Source: a virus
Lineage: Duplodnaviria; Caudoviricetes
Length of the DNA stretch: 56,371 bases
Virus record (IMG/VR): IMGVR_UViG_3300010362_000018
Span: 1 to 56,371 of that record
Strand: one strand, 5' to 3'
Both the position numbers and the translations under genes were made by a program. Shown here one piece after another: positions 38,523 through 46,312 of this stretch. Within the stretch, counting starts at the first letter, position 1, and each line of letters starts with the position of its first letter. Below the pieces are notes generated by a model, which worked only from the letters and a program-made list of their open reading frames with translations, made no database searches and was not told where the DNA came from.

Positions 38523-39535
38523 TGGCTGACGTTCCGCACTTGGCGTGGCCGTTCCGGCTGACGGGTCCGCCGGTGTCGGCGATGAGCGCCTGGGACCCAG
38601 CGGCAGCCTACACGCCGGGTGACGTGGTGACCTACCAGGGCGATCGGTATCGCGCGCTGGCCGCGCGGTCCGGGCTGCAGAACCTCATCCCGAACCCGAG
38701 CGCCGAGGTGAACACGACTGGCTGGACGGCTCAGACCACGGCGGGCGGCAGCATGACGCGGGATACCGCGCAGCACAAGGACGGCGTGGCCAGCTTCAAG
38801 ATGACGCAGGGCAGCACGAACGGCACGATGGGCGGGCTGATCTCGATCCCGGTCAAGGCGGGGAAGCCGTACTCAGCGAGCGCGCAGCTACGGCTCGGCG
38901 TTGCGGGGCGGGCGGGCTACCTGTTCATGTCCTGGTACGACGCGGGCGGAACGCGCATCGGCTTCCCGCTGAGTCAGCTGGCCGCGCTGACGCTGAACAG
39001 CTGGGTGCAGATCAAGTTCGAGAACCAGGTCGCCCCGGCGGGCGCGGTACGCCTCGACTTCCAGGTGCAGTTCCAGACCCCGGTAGCGAACGAGACGCCG
39101 CAGAACTTCGACTCGGTGATCGTGGTGCAGGGTGCAACGGTGCCCGCCTACTTCGACGGCTCGACGCCTGGCTGGTCGTGGGCGGGCGCGGCGGGCAACT
39201 CGGTGTCCCAGGCGCCCGCGCCGCCGCAAGACGTGCAGGGCTGGGCGGCGGTCCCGTCCAGCGGGCCGCGGACGCTGACTCAGGTGGAGCAGGACACGCT
39301 CCCGGACGTGCAGCAGTCCGTCTACGCCTACCTCTCATGTCCGAAGGGCGCTCGCCCGCTGAACCCTGACTGGGGCGTGGAGGACCCTACGTTCAGCACC
39401 ACCATCGACGGCGAGGCACTAGCCGCGGAACTGGAGGCCAGCGAGGATGGAAGGGCGCTCGTGAACGTGATCGTCAACGGGCCGAGCGGGGAGGGCCGGG
39501 CAGTGCTTGACGTGTTCGTGGATCTGCCGGAGTAA
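38522..39535 (+). CDS. gp25/W-like baseplate wedge protein with inserted carbohydrate-binding modules
   Basis: HLAWPFRL and GARPLNPDWG gp25 motifs flank WDPAAAYTPGDVVTYQG and NLIPNPSAE...GW modules. Confidence 0.65.
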   Translation: MADVPHLAWPFRLTGPPVSAMSAWDPAAAYTPGDVVTYQGDRYRALAARSGLQNLIPNPSAEVNTTGWTAQTTAGGSMTRDTAQHKDGVASFKMTQGSTNGTMGGLISIPVKAGKPYSASAQLRLGVAGRAGYLFMSWYDAGGTRIGFPLSQLAALTLNSWVQIKFENQVAPAGAVRLDFQVQFQTPVANETPQNFDSVIVVQGATVPAYFDGSTPGWSWAGAAGNSVSQAPAPPQDVQGWAAVPSSGPRTLTQVEQDTLPDVQQSVYAYLSCPKGARPLNPDWGVEDPTFSTTIDGEALAAELEASEDGRALVNVIVNGPSGEGRAVLDVFVDLPE

Positions 39536-39544
39536 GGAGCCGCG

Positions 39545-40732
39545 TTGCCTCTCTACATCGACCCTGACCTGATCACGGATGAGACCGCGGTCGCGGAGGC
39601 GCTGCTCGCAGGGATGGCGGACCGGCTCGACTCAGCGCTCAGCCTGCCGGAGGATGAGGGCTGGGAGCCGAACGAGGGCTCACCGGAGACGGCGTTCGCT
39701 GAGGCCGTCGGGATCATCACCGCGACGATCGCGGCGCTCGTGCAGGACGACGAGCGTGACGACTACGAGGGCTTCGGCGAGTTGATCTTGCGGGTGAGCC
39801 GGATGAGCGCTGAGCCCGCGATCGGGTTCGCGCTGTGGTCGTTCAACCAGGCGGGGACGTTCATCATCCCGGACGGCTCGGAGTGCGTGCTCGACGCGCC
39901 GGACGGCACCCCGGTGGGCTTCGCGACGGTCGGAGACGTGACCTCGACCGGCAACGAGGCTGTGGACGTGCGCATGATCGCGCTGGAGCCCGGTGAGATC
40001 GGGAACGGGCTCAGCGGTGCTGCGAGGGACTGGGAGCCGCTGCCGTTCGTGTCAGGCGTGACGATGACCACGATGAGCCAGGGCGGCACCGATGAGGAGA
40101 CGCGCGACTCGTACCTGGACCGCGTGGTCCGCCGGGCGAACCGCCTGAAGGACGTGCCGATCGTGACCGATGACTACGCCGACGCGGCGATCGACGTGCC
40201 CGGTGTAGCACGTGCTGTGGCGGTCCGGCTGCTCAACAACGACGCGCCGACCGACCCGCCCGCGGCGGCGGGCCACGTCACCATCTTCGTGGCGGATGAG
40301 GATGGCAACGAGCCGCCTCCCGAGGTGCAGGCAGCGGTGGTTGCGGAGATGATGGGCACCGACCGGCCGCTCGCAGTGATCGCGCACGTGGACGGACCTC
40401 AATATACCAACATCACGGTCCGTGCGGACATCCGCCTCAGGGTGGGGGCTGACCATGACGCGACGGTCGCAGCCTGCCAGGACGCGCTCTCGACGGCGTT
40501 CAGCAAGGCGACGTACGGGCTCGATGACAACGCGCCGGGCCGCTGGCTGCCGCCGCGGAGCAGCGCCGAGCGGGTCATCACCGAGTACGACGTGAGCGCC
40601 GCCGTGGATGACGTGGACGGCGTGAGGAACGTCGTCCTAGCACAGGTGAACGGTGCGAGCTCCGCGACGCTGACGGGCTGGGCGCCGCTCCCGAACCTGA
40701 CGGCGACCCCGACGGTGAACGTGGTGCCGTGA
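39545..40732 (+). CDS. Baseplate J-like protein
   Basis: G..GN, GGTDEET...Y..R, DY...A..VPGVARA, GHVTI. Confidence 0.85.
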   Translation: MPLYIDPDLITDETAVAEALLAGMADRLDSALSLPEDEGWEPNEGSPETAFAEAVGIITATIAALVQDDERDDYEGFGELILRVSRMSAEPAIGFALWSFNQAGTFIIPDGSECVLDAPDGTPVGFATVGDVTSTGNEAVDVRMIALEPGEIGNGLSGAARDWEPLPFVSGVTMTTMSQGGTDEETRDSYLDRVVRRANRLKDVPIVTDDYADAAIDVPGVARAVAVRLLNNDAPTDPPAAAGHVTIFVADEDGNEPPPEVQAAVVAEMMGTDRPLAVIAHVDGPQYTNITVRADIRLRVGADHDATVAACQDALSTAFSKATYGLDDNAPGRWLPPRSSAERVITEYDVSAAVDDVDGVRNVVLAQVNGASSATLTGWAPLPNLTATPTVNVVP

Positions 40733-41379
40733 ACCAGGCGCTCGAACACCTGATGGCGCTGATGGAGCATCGGCAGATCGATGCGACCTCCGACACCATC
40801 ATGCAAGCCATCCTGGAGGCCATCGCGATCGACGCGATGGAGCGCCTCAGCGTGATCGCGTACGGCGACCCGGACGCTGATCCGCCGGTCCCGCCGGGCA
40901 AGGCGCTGAACGATCCGCAGGTCGCGCCGCTCTGGGCGCTAGCGCACGCGGCGCTGTACGTCGGCGCGCGGATGCCGGGCAGGCTGCCGGGCGAGACCGA
41001 CGAGGCGTACACCGCCCGTGCCCGGGACGCGGTGATCTTCCCGATTGGGATCAAGCGCGGGTCGCATGAGGCGGTCAGGCGCTCGATCTCGCCGTTCCTC
41101 ACGGGCACCAAGACGATCTCGATCACCGATCAGGCGGGCGGCGACCCGTACGCGCTCCAGGTGCGCACGATCACCGCGGAGACGCCTGACCCCGCCGCGG
41201 TGCAGAAAGCGCTGGAGGGCGACTACGTCAGCGGCGGCGTGCGCGGCGCGATCAGGGCGGAGCTCAAGCTGACCTACATCGTCTCCCCCTCGGTCACCTG
41301 GGCGGAGGGGACGCGTGCCTTCAACGCGGTGGCCGGGACGGTGACCTTCGCGAACGTGACCTACGGAGACGTGACATGA
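40729..41379 (+). CDS. Baseplate wedge/tail protein I-like
   Basis: DP..AP...L...ALYVG, KRGS..AV; follows J. Confidence 0.65.
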   Translation: MNQALEHLMALMEHRQIDATSDTIMQAILEAIAIDAMERLSVIAYGDPDADPPVPPGKALNDPQVAPLWALAHAALYVGARMPGRLPGETDEAYTARARDAVIFPIGIKRGSHEAVRRSISPFLTGTKTISITDQAGGDPYALQVRTITAETPDPAAVQKALEGDYVSGGVRGAIRAELKLTYIVSPSVTWAEGTRAFNAVAGTVTFANVTYGDVT

Positions 41380-42299
41380 CAGCACCCCCCAGCGCGAAGT
41401 ACGGCATCCCGCGCGTCGCGGACAACGACACGATCAACACGTTCCCGGTGACTCAGCGTGCGGGGATCGACTGGATCGACGCGAACATCAGCACGTTCAT
41501 CACCACGAGCCCACGCCCCGCGGCTCAGTACAGCGGACGCTGGCACCTGGACCTGGTGACGGGCGTTGTGTCGCTGGATACTGGAACGGCGTGGGTCGAG
41601 ATGGCGCGCGTCGCGGCTCAGGCGCAGGTTCCGCTCGGCACGCAGGTGGCTTACACCGGGGCGGTACTACCGGTGGACGGCCGCTGGCAGTGGGCGGACG
41701 GCGGGCTGATCAGCACCACCGACTTCGCGGAGTACTTCGCGCTGGTAGGGCACGCCTACAACGGCGGCGTGGACCCGGGCGGCGGCAACTTCCGCAAGCC
41801 TGACAAGCGCGGGCGCGCTGCGGTGGGGGCGGACGCGATGCCCGGTAGTGCCGCGGCGGGGCGGCTCCCCAACAGCAACCGGGCGTTCGGTCAGAACGGC
41901 GGCGCTGAACAGGTGACGCTCACGACCGCAACCATCCCGACCCACAACCACACCGCGACGGGCTCAACCGCGGCGGCTGGCTCTCACAGTCACGGCGGCG
42001 CGACGGGTGCGCGTGACCGGTCGCAGTCGCACTGGCACTCGGTGGGTGGCGGGCAGCTGATCTACAACGGCGGCGTGGGCACCGCGGTCGGCCCATTCAA
42101 CGTTGGCGGCAACAGCTACCTGTACCGCCAGGCGCTGAACGCCGACTGGGCGGAGCCCGCCGACCACCTTCACGGGATCAGCGCTGACGGCTCCCACACC
42201 CACACCACGACCGTCACGGTTGCGAACAACGGGAGCGGCGGAGCGCACGTCAACATGCAGCCGTACGAGGTGGACAACGTGATCGTGAGGGTGCGCTGA
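41376..42299 (+). CDS. Tail fibre protein with collar domain
   Basis: PLGT...Y...WQWADG, PDKRGR..VG, GGAEQVTLT...PTHNH, HVNMQPY. Confidence 0.8.
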   Translation: MTAPPSAKYGIPRVADNDTINTFPVTQRAGIDWIDANISTFITTSPRPAAQYSGRWHLDLVTGVVSLDTGTAWVEMARVAAQAQVPLGTQVAYTGAVLPVDGRWQWADGGLISTTDFAEYFALVGHAYNGGVDPGGGNFRKPDKRGRAAVGADAMPGSAAAGRLPNSNRAFGQNGGAEQVTLTTATIPTHNHTATGSTAAAGSHSHGGATGARDRSQSHWHSVGGGQLIYNGGVGTAVGPFNVGGNSYLYRQALNADWAEPADHLHGISADGSHTHTTTVTVANNGSGGAHVNMQPYEVDNVIVRVR

Positions 42300-42634
42300 T
42301 GGACTGGATCGTCCTGTCTCACACGCTCGACGCTGACGCGGGCGCCTACGTCCTGGTGGTCGGCGGCTTCCAGGACGTCCTGGTGGCCTCTGAGAGCGAT
42401 CAGGACCAGAATGGGGCAGCCGTGGAGGCCGTGCCCGTGCAGGTCGCTCAGCAGGACTTCCTGTTCGCCTCAGAGGATCCCCGCTGGGCGGACCGTGACG
42501 TGGAGGACGTAGCGGCTGAGCAGCGGGAGATCGTGCGCGCCAAGCTGGCGGAGCAGGCCGACGAGGCGGAGGCTGAGGCGGAGCGCCGCGCCGGGCAGGT
42601 CAAGCAGCTGGGAGGGGAGGGAGAGGCGCTGTGA
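42299..42634 (+). CDS. Hypothetical (possible fibre chaperone)
   Basis: TGATG coupling after the fibre gene. Confidence 0.55.
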   Translation: MDWIVLSHTLDADAGAYVLVVGGFQDVLVASESDQDQNGAAVEAVPVQVAQQDFLFASEDPRWADRDVEDVAAEQREIVRAKLAEQADEAEAEAERRAGQVKQLGGEGEAL

Positions 42635-42870
42635 AGGTCATCGCCCGCAAGTTCTGGGAGGAGCCCGCGGTCTGCATCGGGCTGCTCGCGTCAGTGGCGC
42701 TGGTGTTCATCAACGTGATCGGGCAGGATGACTGGGGGATCGAGAACATCATCGCGGTCCTAGCGCCGTTGCTGTCAGCGTTGGGCATCCGCCCGCTGGT
42801 CACACCACACGTGCCCGGGGAGGGCGCCCCCACCGAGCCTGGGGTAGCGCAGCCGATCCGTAAGCCGTAG
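42631..42870 (+). CDS. Holin-like membrane protein
   Basis: EPAV, two TMs, IRPLVTP C-terminal motif typical of actinophage holins. Confidence 0.65.
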   Translation: MKVIARKFWEEPAVCIGLLASVALVFINVIGQDDWGIENIIAVLAPLLSALGIRPLVTPHVPGEGAPTEPGVAQPIRKP

Positions 42871-42893
42871 GGCTGCCAGCCCGACCTAGCACT

Positions 42894-42927
42894 GGAGCCT
42901 GCTCGGGCCTCGACCCGGGCGGGCTCC
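42894..42927 (+). terminator. Terminator of the structural operon
   Basis: GGAGCCTGCTCGGG/CCCGGGCGGGCTCC stem. Confidence 0.6.
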
Positions 42928-42933
42928 TGGTGC

Positions 42934-42990
42934 GTTAGGGGGGGTTGACTTTCTCGTGAGGCCGGTTATACTGTGTCTTGCATGACGAAC
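42934..42990 (+). promoter_or_regulatory. Strong promoter, same class as 4033
   Basis: TAG7, TTGACT 42945-42950, TATACT 42967-42972; GGTTATACTGTGTCTTG identical to the 4033 promoter; variant leader GACGAAC. Confidence 0.85.
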
Positions 42991-43017
42991 TCAGCCCCCA
43001 ATCATCAGGAGCCCAGC

Positions 43018-43149
43018 ATGAACCTCACCCGTGAGCAGGAGATCATCCTCTGCCTCGTCCTCAACGGCGAGATGAGCATGAGCAGCGCCATCCGGCGCGC
43101 CCGTGAGAACGGGCAGGACGACTTCGCCGAGTACCTCCGGGGGTTCTGA
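43018..43149 (+). CDS. Small hypothetical protein
   Basis: CAGGAG SD, 43 aa. Confidence 0.55.
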   Translation: MNLTREQEIILCLVLNGEMSMSSAIRRARENGQDDFAEYLRGF

Positions 43150-43150
43150 G

Positions 43151-43450
43151 ATGCTCTACTCAGACGCCGCCGCCCGCCGCCAGCGCGCCGCCTCGCGGCG
43201 CCTGGCCCGCGAAGCCAGCACCGCCGCGCTCGCGAAGGCGCGCACTGACCTGGAGACGCTGACCCAGCTGTACGATCAGGGCCTCGTCTTCACCGAAGGC
43301 TACGAGCCCGCCGCCGCCGCGTTGCGGGAGCAGATCGCGTTCCACTCGTGGGTGGAGGACGTTGACGCCTTCGCCGCTGAGTACCGCGCCGCCGCTGACA
43401 CCGCCTACGGTGACTCCGGCCCCACCTCGATGTTCTGGGATCGGTCATGA
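43151..43450 (+). CDS. Hypothetical protein
   Basis: Packed ORF. Confidence 0.6.
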   Translation: MLYSDAAARRQRAASRRLAREASTAALAKARTDLETLTQLYDQGLVFTEGYEPAAAALREQIAFHSWVEDVDAFAAEYRAAADTAYGDSGPTSMFWDRS

Positions 43451-43779
43451 CCCGCGCTGAGGCCACGCGAGAGCTCCAGGAGCCCGGGAAGTGCCCGCGC
43501 TGTGACGGCGCCGGGCACACCGGCCAGGACCGCTTCAGCGGCGTCTACGACCCGTGTGACGCCTGCGAGGGCACCGGGGCCGCTGAGTCCCGGTTCGACC
43601 CGCTGAGCGTGCAGATCCTGCCGTGCAGCGCTTGCGGCGGGGAACGCCGCCCCGGCGTCCTGCACGTCTGCCCGGACCCTGAGGCCGTGACCCGCGCCAT
43701 CCGTACGGGCGCGGTGTGCGGCACGTGCGCCGACGAGGGCGCGCTGACCTGTGACTGCTGGAATCAACTCAACCCGTGA
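43447..43779 (+). CDS. Cys-rich zinc-finger protein
   Basis: CxxCxGxG twice plus further CxxC. Confidence 0.65.
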   Translation: MTRAEATRELQEPGKCPRCDGAGHTGQDRFSGVYDPCDACEGTGAAESRFDPLSVQILPCSACGGERRPGVLHVCPDPEAVTRAIRTGAVCGTCADEGALTCDCWNQLNP

Positions 43780-43790
43780 AGGAGAACCCC

Positions 43791-44069
43791 GTGCCCACCG
43801 CAACCGGTACCAAGACCCCCACGCTGAGCGAGCTCGCTGACGCTCAGCAGAACTTCCTGAACGCCGAACGGGCGTACGAGGAGGCCACTGACAAGCGCGC
43901 TGACACCATCGTCCGCCTCGTGGAGGCGGGCGTACGTCAGTCCGCGATCGCTGACGCGCTCGGCATCAGCCGCGGGCGCGTCGGCCAGATCGTCGCCACC
44001 ACCCGTGAGGGCCGGAGCGCGATGGCGCCCACGCACCAGTTCGTGCCGCCCGTACCGCCCGCCGACTAG
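43791..44069 (+). CDS. Small HTH DNA-binding protein
   Basis: GVRQSAIADALGISRGRVGQIV. Confidence 0.8.
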   Translation: MPTATGTKTPTLSELADAQQNFLNAERAYEEATDKRADTIVRLVEAGVRQSAIADALGISRGRVGQIVATTREGRSAMAPTHQFVPPVPPAD

Positions 44070-44313
44070 CCCCGCCGGTCAGGACCGCCGCGCCCACGCT
44101 TGCGGCGGTCCCGGCCGTTCCGGCAGCGCGCCAGCCCGTACGCACCGGTACGCCTCAGGAACTCGCGCCCCGCGTCAGTCGCGCCGATCCGCCACAGCAG
44201 CGGGTTCAGCGCGCTCCGCTGCGCGTAGTACGCGAGCCGGGCCTCAGCCACCCACGGGGGCTCCCGAGGTCCCTTGGTGAGCCTCCAGCGGTGGATGCCC
44301 AGACCGCTCACGG

Positions 44314-44492
44314 CAAGTAGTGAACCTGAGCGGAGTTACCGAAGTCGGGCTATCCTTCGCACGGCGAAGACAACGGCGCTCCCGACTCCTCCGAGTCTCC
44401 TGGGATACGTTCGGGTTGAACAGGTTGAGCGCCAACTTCGCCCAGGACAAGAGCCCGTCGATCCTCCTGCGATCGGCGGGCTCTACTACTTG
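44314..44492 (+). ncRNA. Candidate novel structured RNA (multi-stem, two pseudoknots)
   Basis: Closing helix CAAGTAGT/ACTACTTG, five internal helices and two cross-pairings read by eye; a G-U pair favours the + strand. Confidence 0.6.
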
Positions 44493-44502
44493 ACGGGCCG
44501 CT

Positions 44503-44624
44503 TATACTCCCCGCCGGTCACGTACCCAAGGGGAAGGAGGGGTCCACCCGGCTCCGCCGCTGACGGTCCGAACACCGTCTGGGGAAGTCCCGTACCGACA
44601 AGGCGCGGATGCCGAGGACAGCTG
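44503..44624 (+). promoter_or_regulatory. -10 TATACT and long leader of the rpf-like gene
   Basis: TATACT 44503-44508; hairpin GACGGT-CCGAAC-ACCGTC 44562-44579. Confidence 0.55.
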
Positions 44625-45044
44625 ATGTACCTCGTGGAAGCAGCCGCTATGGCGGCTCTGGTGCTGGCACCACCCGCCAGCGCTCAGCACTACCGTCACG
44701 ACCCACACCACCCGGGTCATCACCGTGGGTGTCACACGTACCGCTGTGATCACCGGATGGATCGCAAGGCGCACCGCAAGACGCAGCGCCGCTGGTGGAG
44801 GTCGGTCCGCCCGTTCAACGGGAAGCTGGTCAGGATCGCGTCCTGCGAGTCAGGGGGGCGCTGGCACATCGCGACTGGGAACGGCTTCTACGGAGGCCTC
44901 CAGTTCACTCTCCAGACGTGGCGGAGCGTGGGTGGGGGCGGTATGCCCCACTGGGCTGAGCCACTGGAGCAGAAGTTCAGGGCGGTCCGTGTGTTCAAGC
45001 GCCGCGGGGGCTGGGGTGACTGGCCGGTCTGCGGTTACCGCTAG
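44625..45044 (+). CDS. rpf: Secreted resuscitation-promoting-factor (Rpf) transglycosylase
   Basis: Signal peptide ending ASA; CESGG.W...TGNGFYGGLQF...TW...EQ...WPVC. Confidence 0.9.
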   Translation: MYLVEAAAMAALVLAPPASAQHYRHDPHHPGHHRGCHTYRCDHRMDRKAHRKTQRRWWRSVRPFNGKLVRIASCESGGRWHIATGNGFYGGLQFTLQTWRSVGGGGMPHWAEPLEQKFRAVRVFKRRGGWGDWPVCGYR

Positions 45045-45089
45045 TTCGCGGCCCCGGCGCCGTTGACGCCTGAGGCGGGAGGGGCACGG

Positions 45090-45731
45090 ATGCCCCGCCG
45101 CCGCTCCGACCCGTACGCTGCGGCGGTGATCTGTCTCGTCAGCGGCGCGCAGCCCATCCTCCGCCGGTACGCGCACACCGGGCGTTACGGCCAGCTGATC
45201 GTGCCGCGCTCAGGGGACATGCCGGAGCTCGGGCTGCCGTGGGCGTGTGACAACGGCGGCTACCACGGCTTCGAGATCGAGCCGTACGCGCGGATGCTCG
45301 GACGCGCCCGCAACTACTCGGGGTGCTGGTGGGTGACCGCGCCGGACGTGTACTGTGACCCGGCGGCGACTGACACGCTGTTCCACGAGTGGGAGGGCGC
45401 GCTGCACGAGCTCGGCTTCCCGGTAGCGCTGGTGGCGCAGGACGGGCTGGCTGAGGGCGACGTGCCGTGGGACCGGCTGGACTGCCTGTTCATGGGCGGC
45501 ACGCTCAACTGGAAGCTGGGCGCTGAGGCGCGGGCGCTGATCCGGGCGGCTCAGGCGCGCGGCAAGCGGACGCACGCGGGCCGCGCCGGGACCATCCGGC
45601 GGATGCGCTACTTCGGGTCGCTGGGCGTGGACAGCTGCGACTCGGCGATCTTCAGCCGTCACGCCGGGCCTGCGTTCCAGACGTTCACGCCGCTCCTGAC
45701 TGACCGGCAACTCGGACTGGAGATCGAATGA
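45090..45731 (+). CDS. TGT/DpdA-like base-exchange protein
   Basis: WACDNGGY, APDV, VAQDG, FMGG, H.GR, DS.DS match the TGT-barrel pattern; coupled to VUT. Confidence 0.6.
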   Translation: MPRRRSDPYAAAVICLVSGAQPILRRYAHTGRYGQLIVPRSGDMPELGLPWACDNGGYHGFEIEPYARMLGRARNYSGCWWVTAPDVYCDPAATDTLFHEWEGALHELGFPVALVAQDGLAEGDVPWDRLDCLFMGGTLNWKLGAEARALIRAAQARGKRTHAGRAGTIRRMRYFGSLGVDSCDSAIFSRHAGPAFQTFTPLLTDRQLGLEIE

Positions 45732-46282
45732 CCATCCTGCTCTACATCGCGGCCGTCGCTGCCGCGAACATCGTGACCGCCGCAACGACGCCGTGGGATG
45801 TCGGCCCGTTCTTGATCACCTGGGGGACGTGGTTCGCCGCGGTGACGTTCGTGTTGCGGGACGTGATCCAGCTGCGTCACGGGCGCCGCATCGCGTACGT
45901 CGCGATCGGGGCCGGGCTCGCCGTGGCGGCGGTGTCAAGCGCGCTACTCGGCGACACCGAGGCGGTCGTGGTCGCGAGCGGCCTGGCGTTCGGGCTCAGC
46001 GAGTCACTCGACACCGAGGTGTTCACCCGCCTGCGCGCCGGGCTGCCGCTGAGGGTCGGGGTGTCCGGCGTCATCGGCGGCGCGCTCGACACGAGCGTGT
46101 TCGTGATCGTCGGCCTGAGCCCGCTGTGGTCCGGGATCATCCCGTGGTCAGCGGTCCCGAACGCGATCCTCGGGGTGTGGCTCGCGAAGTGCCTGATCCA
46201 GGCGCTAGCCGCGGTGTCCTGGAAGGCTCTGGAGCGGACTTTGGTGGGCACTGACACGGAGCCGCCGGTTCGGGCCGTATAG
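45728..46282 (+). CDS. VUT/YhhQ-family (queuosine precursor) transporter
   Basis: Multi-TM; AAN, TFVLRD, AS..AF..SE..D..VF, S...G..LDT.VF. Confidence 0.8.
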   Translation: MTILLYIAAVAAANIVTAATTPWDVGPFLITWGTWFAAVTFVLRDVIQLRHGRRIAYVAIGAGLAVAAVSSALLGDTEAVVVASGLAFGLSESLDTEVFTRLRAGLPLRVGVSGVIGGALDTSVFVIVGLSPLWSGIIPWSAVPNAILGVWLAKCLIQALAAVSWKALERTLVGTDTEPPVRAV

Positions 46283-46307
46283 TCGGCTGCGACCCGAACT
46301 ACGGAGG
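46278..46307 (+). promoter_or_regulatory. -10 TATAGT + ACCCGAAC leader + SD
   Basis: TATAGT 46278-46283, CCCGAAC 46293-46299, GGAGG. Confidence 0.65.
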
Positions 46308-46312
46308 CTGTG

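Noticed and set aside
44066-44311. Minus-strand 81-aa ORF
   Set aside because: No clear SD or motif; possible but unsupported
44380-44450. Minus-strand promoter/leader (CAACCCGAACGTATCCCAGGAG) driving a leftward gene
   Set aside because: No TATACT-like box at the expected distance on the minus strand, and the nearest start after the SD-like words opens only about 7 codons; better read as antisense in a + strand RNA
44503-44624. c-di-AMP (ydaO) riboswitch upstream of rpf
   Set aside because: Expected from context, but the conserved GCCGAAUCC, GGGGUGAAU and CCCGUCAGCUAAC segments are not present
44274-44624. N-terminal extension of the Rpf ORF
   Set aside because: Signal peptide begins at ATG 44625 and a -10 box lies at 44503; the upstream frame overlaps the structured RNA
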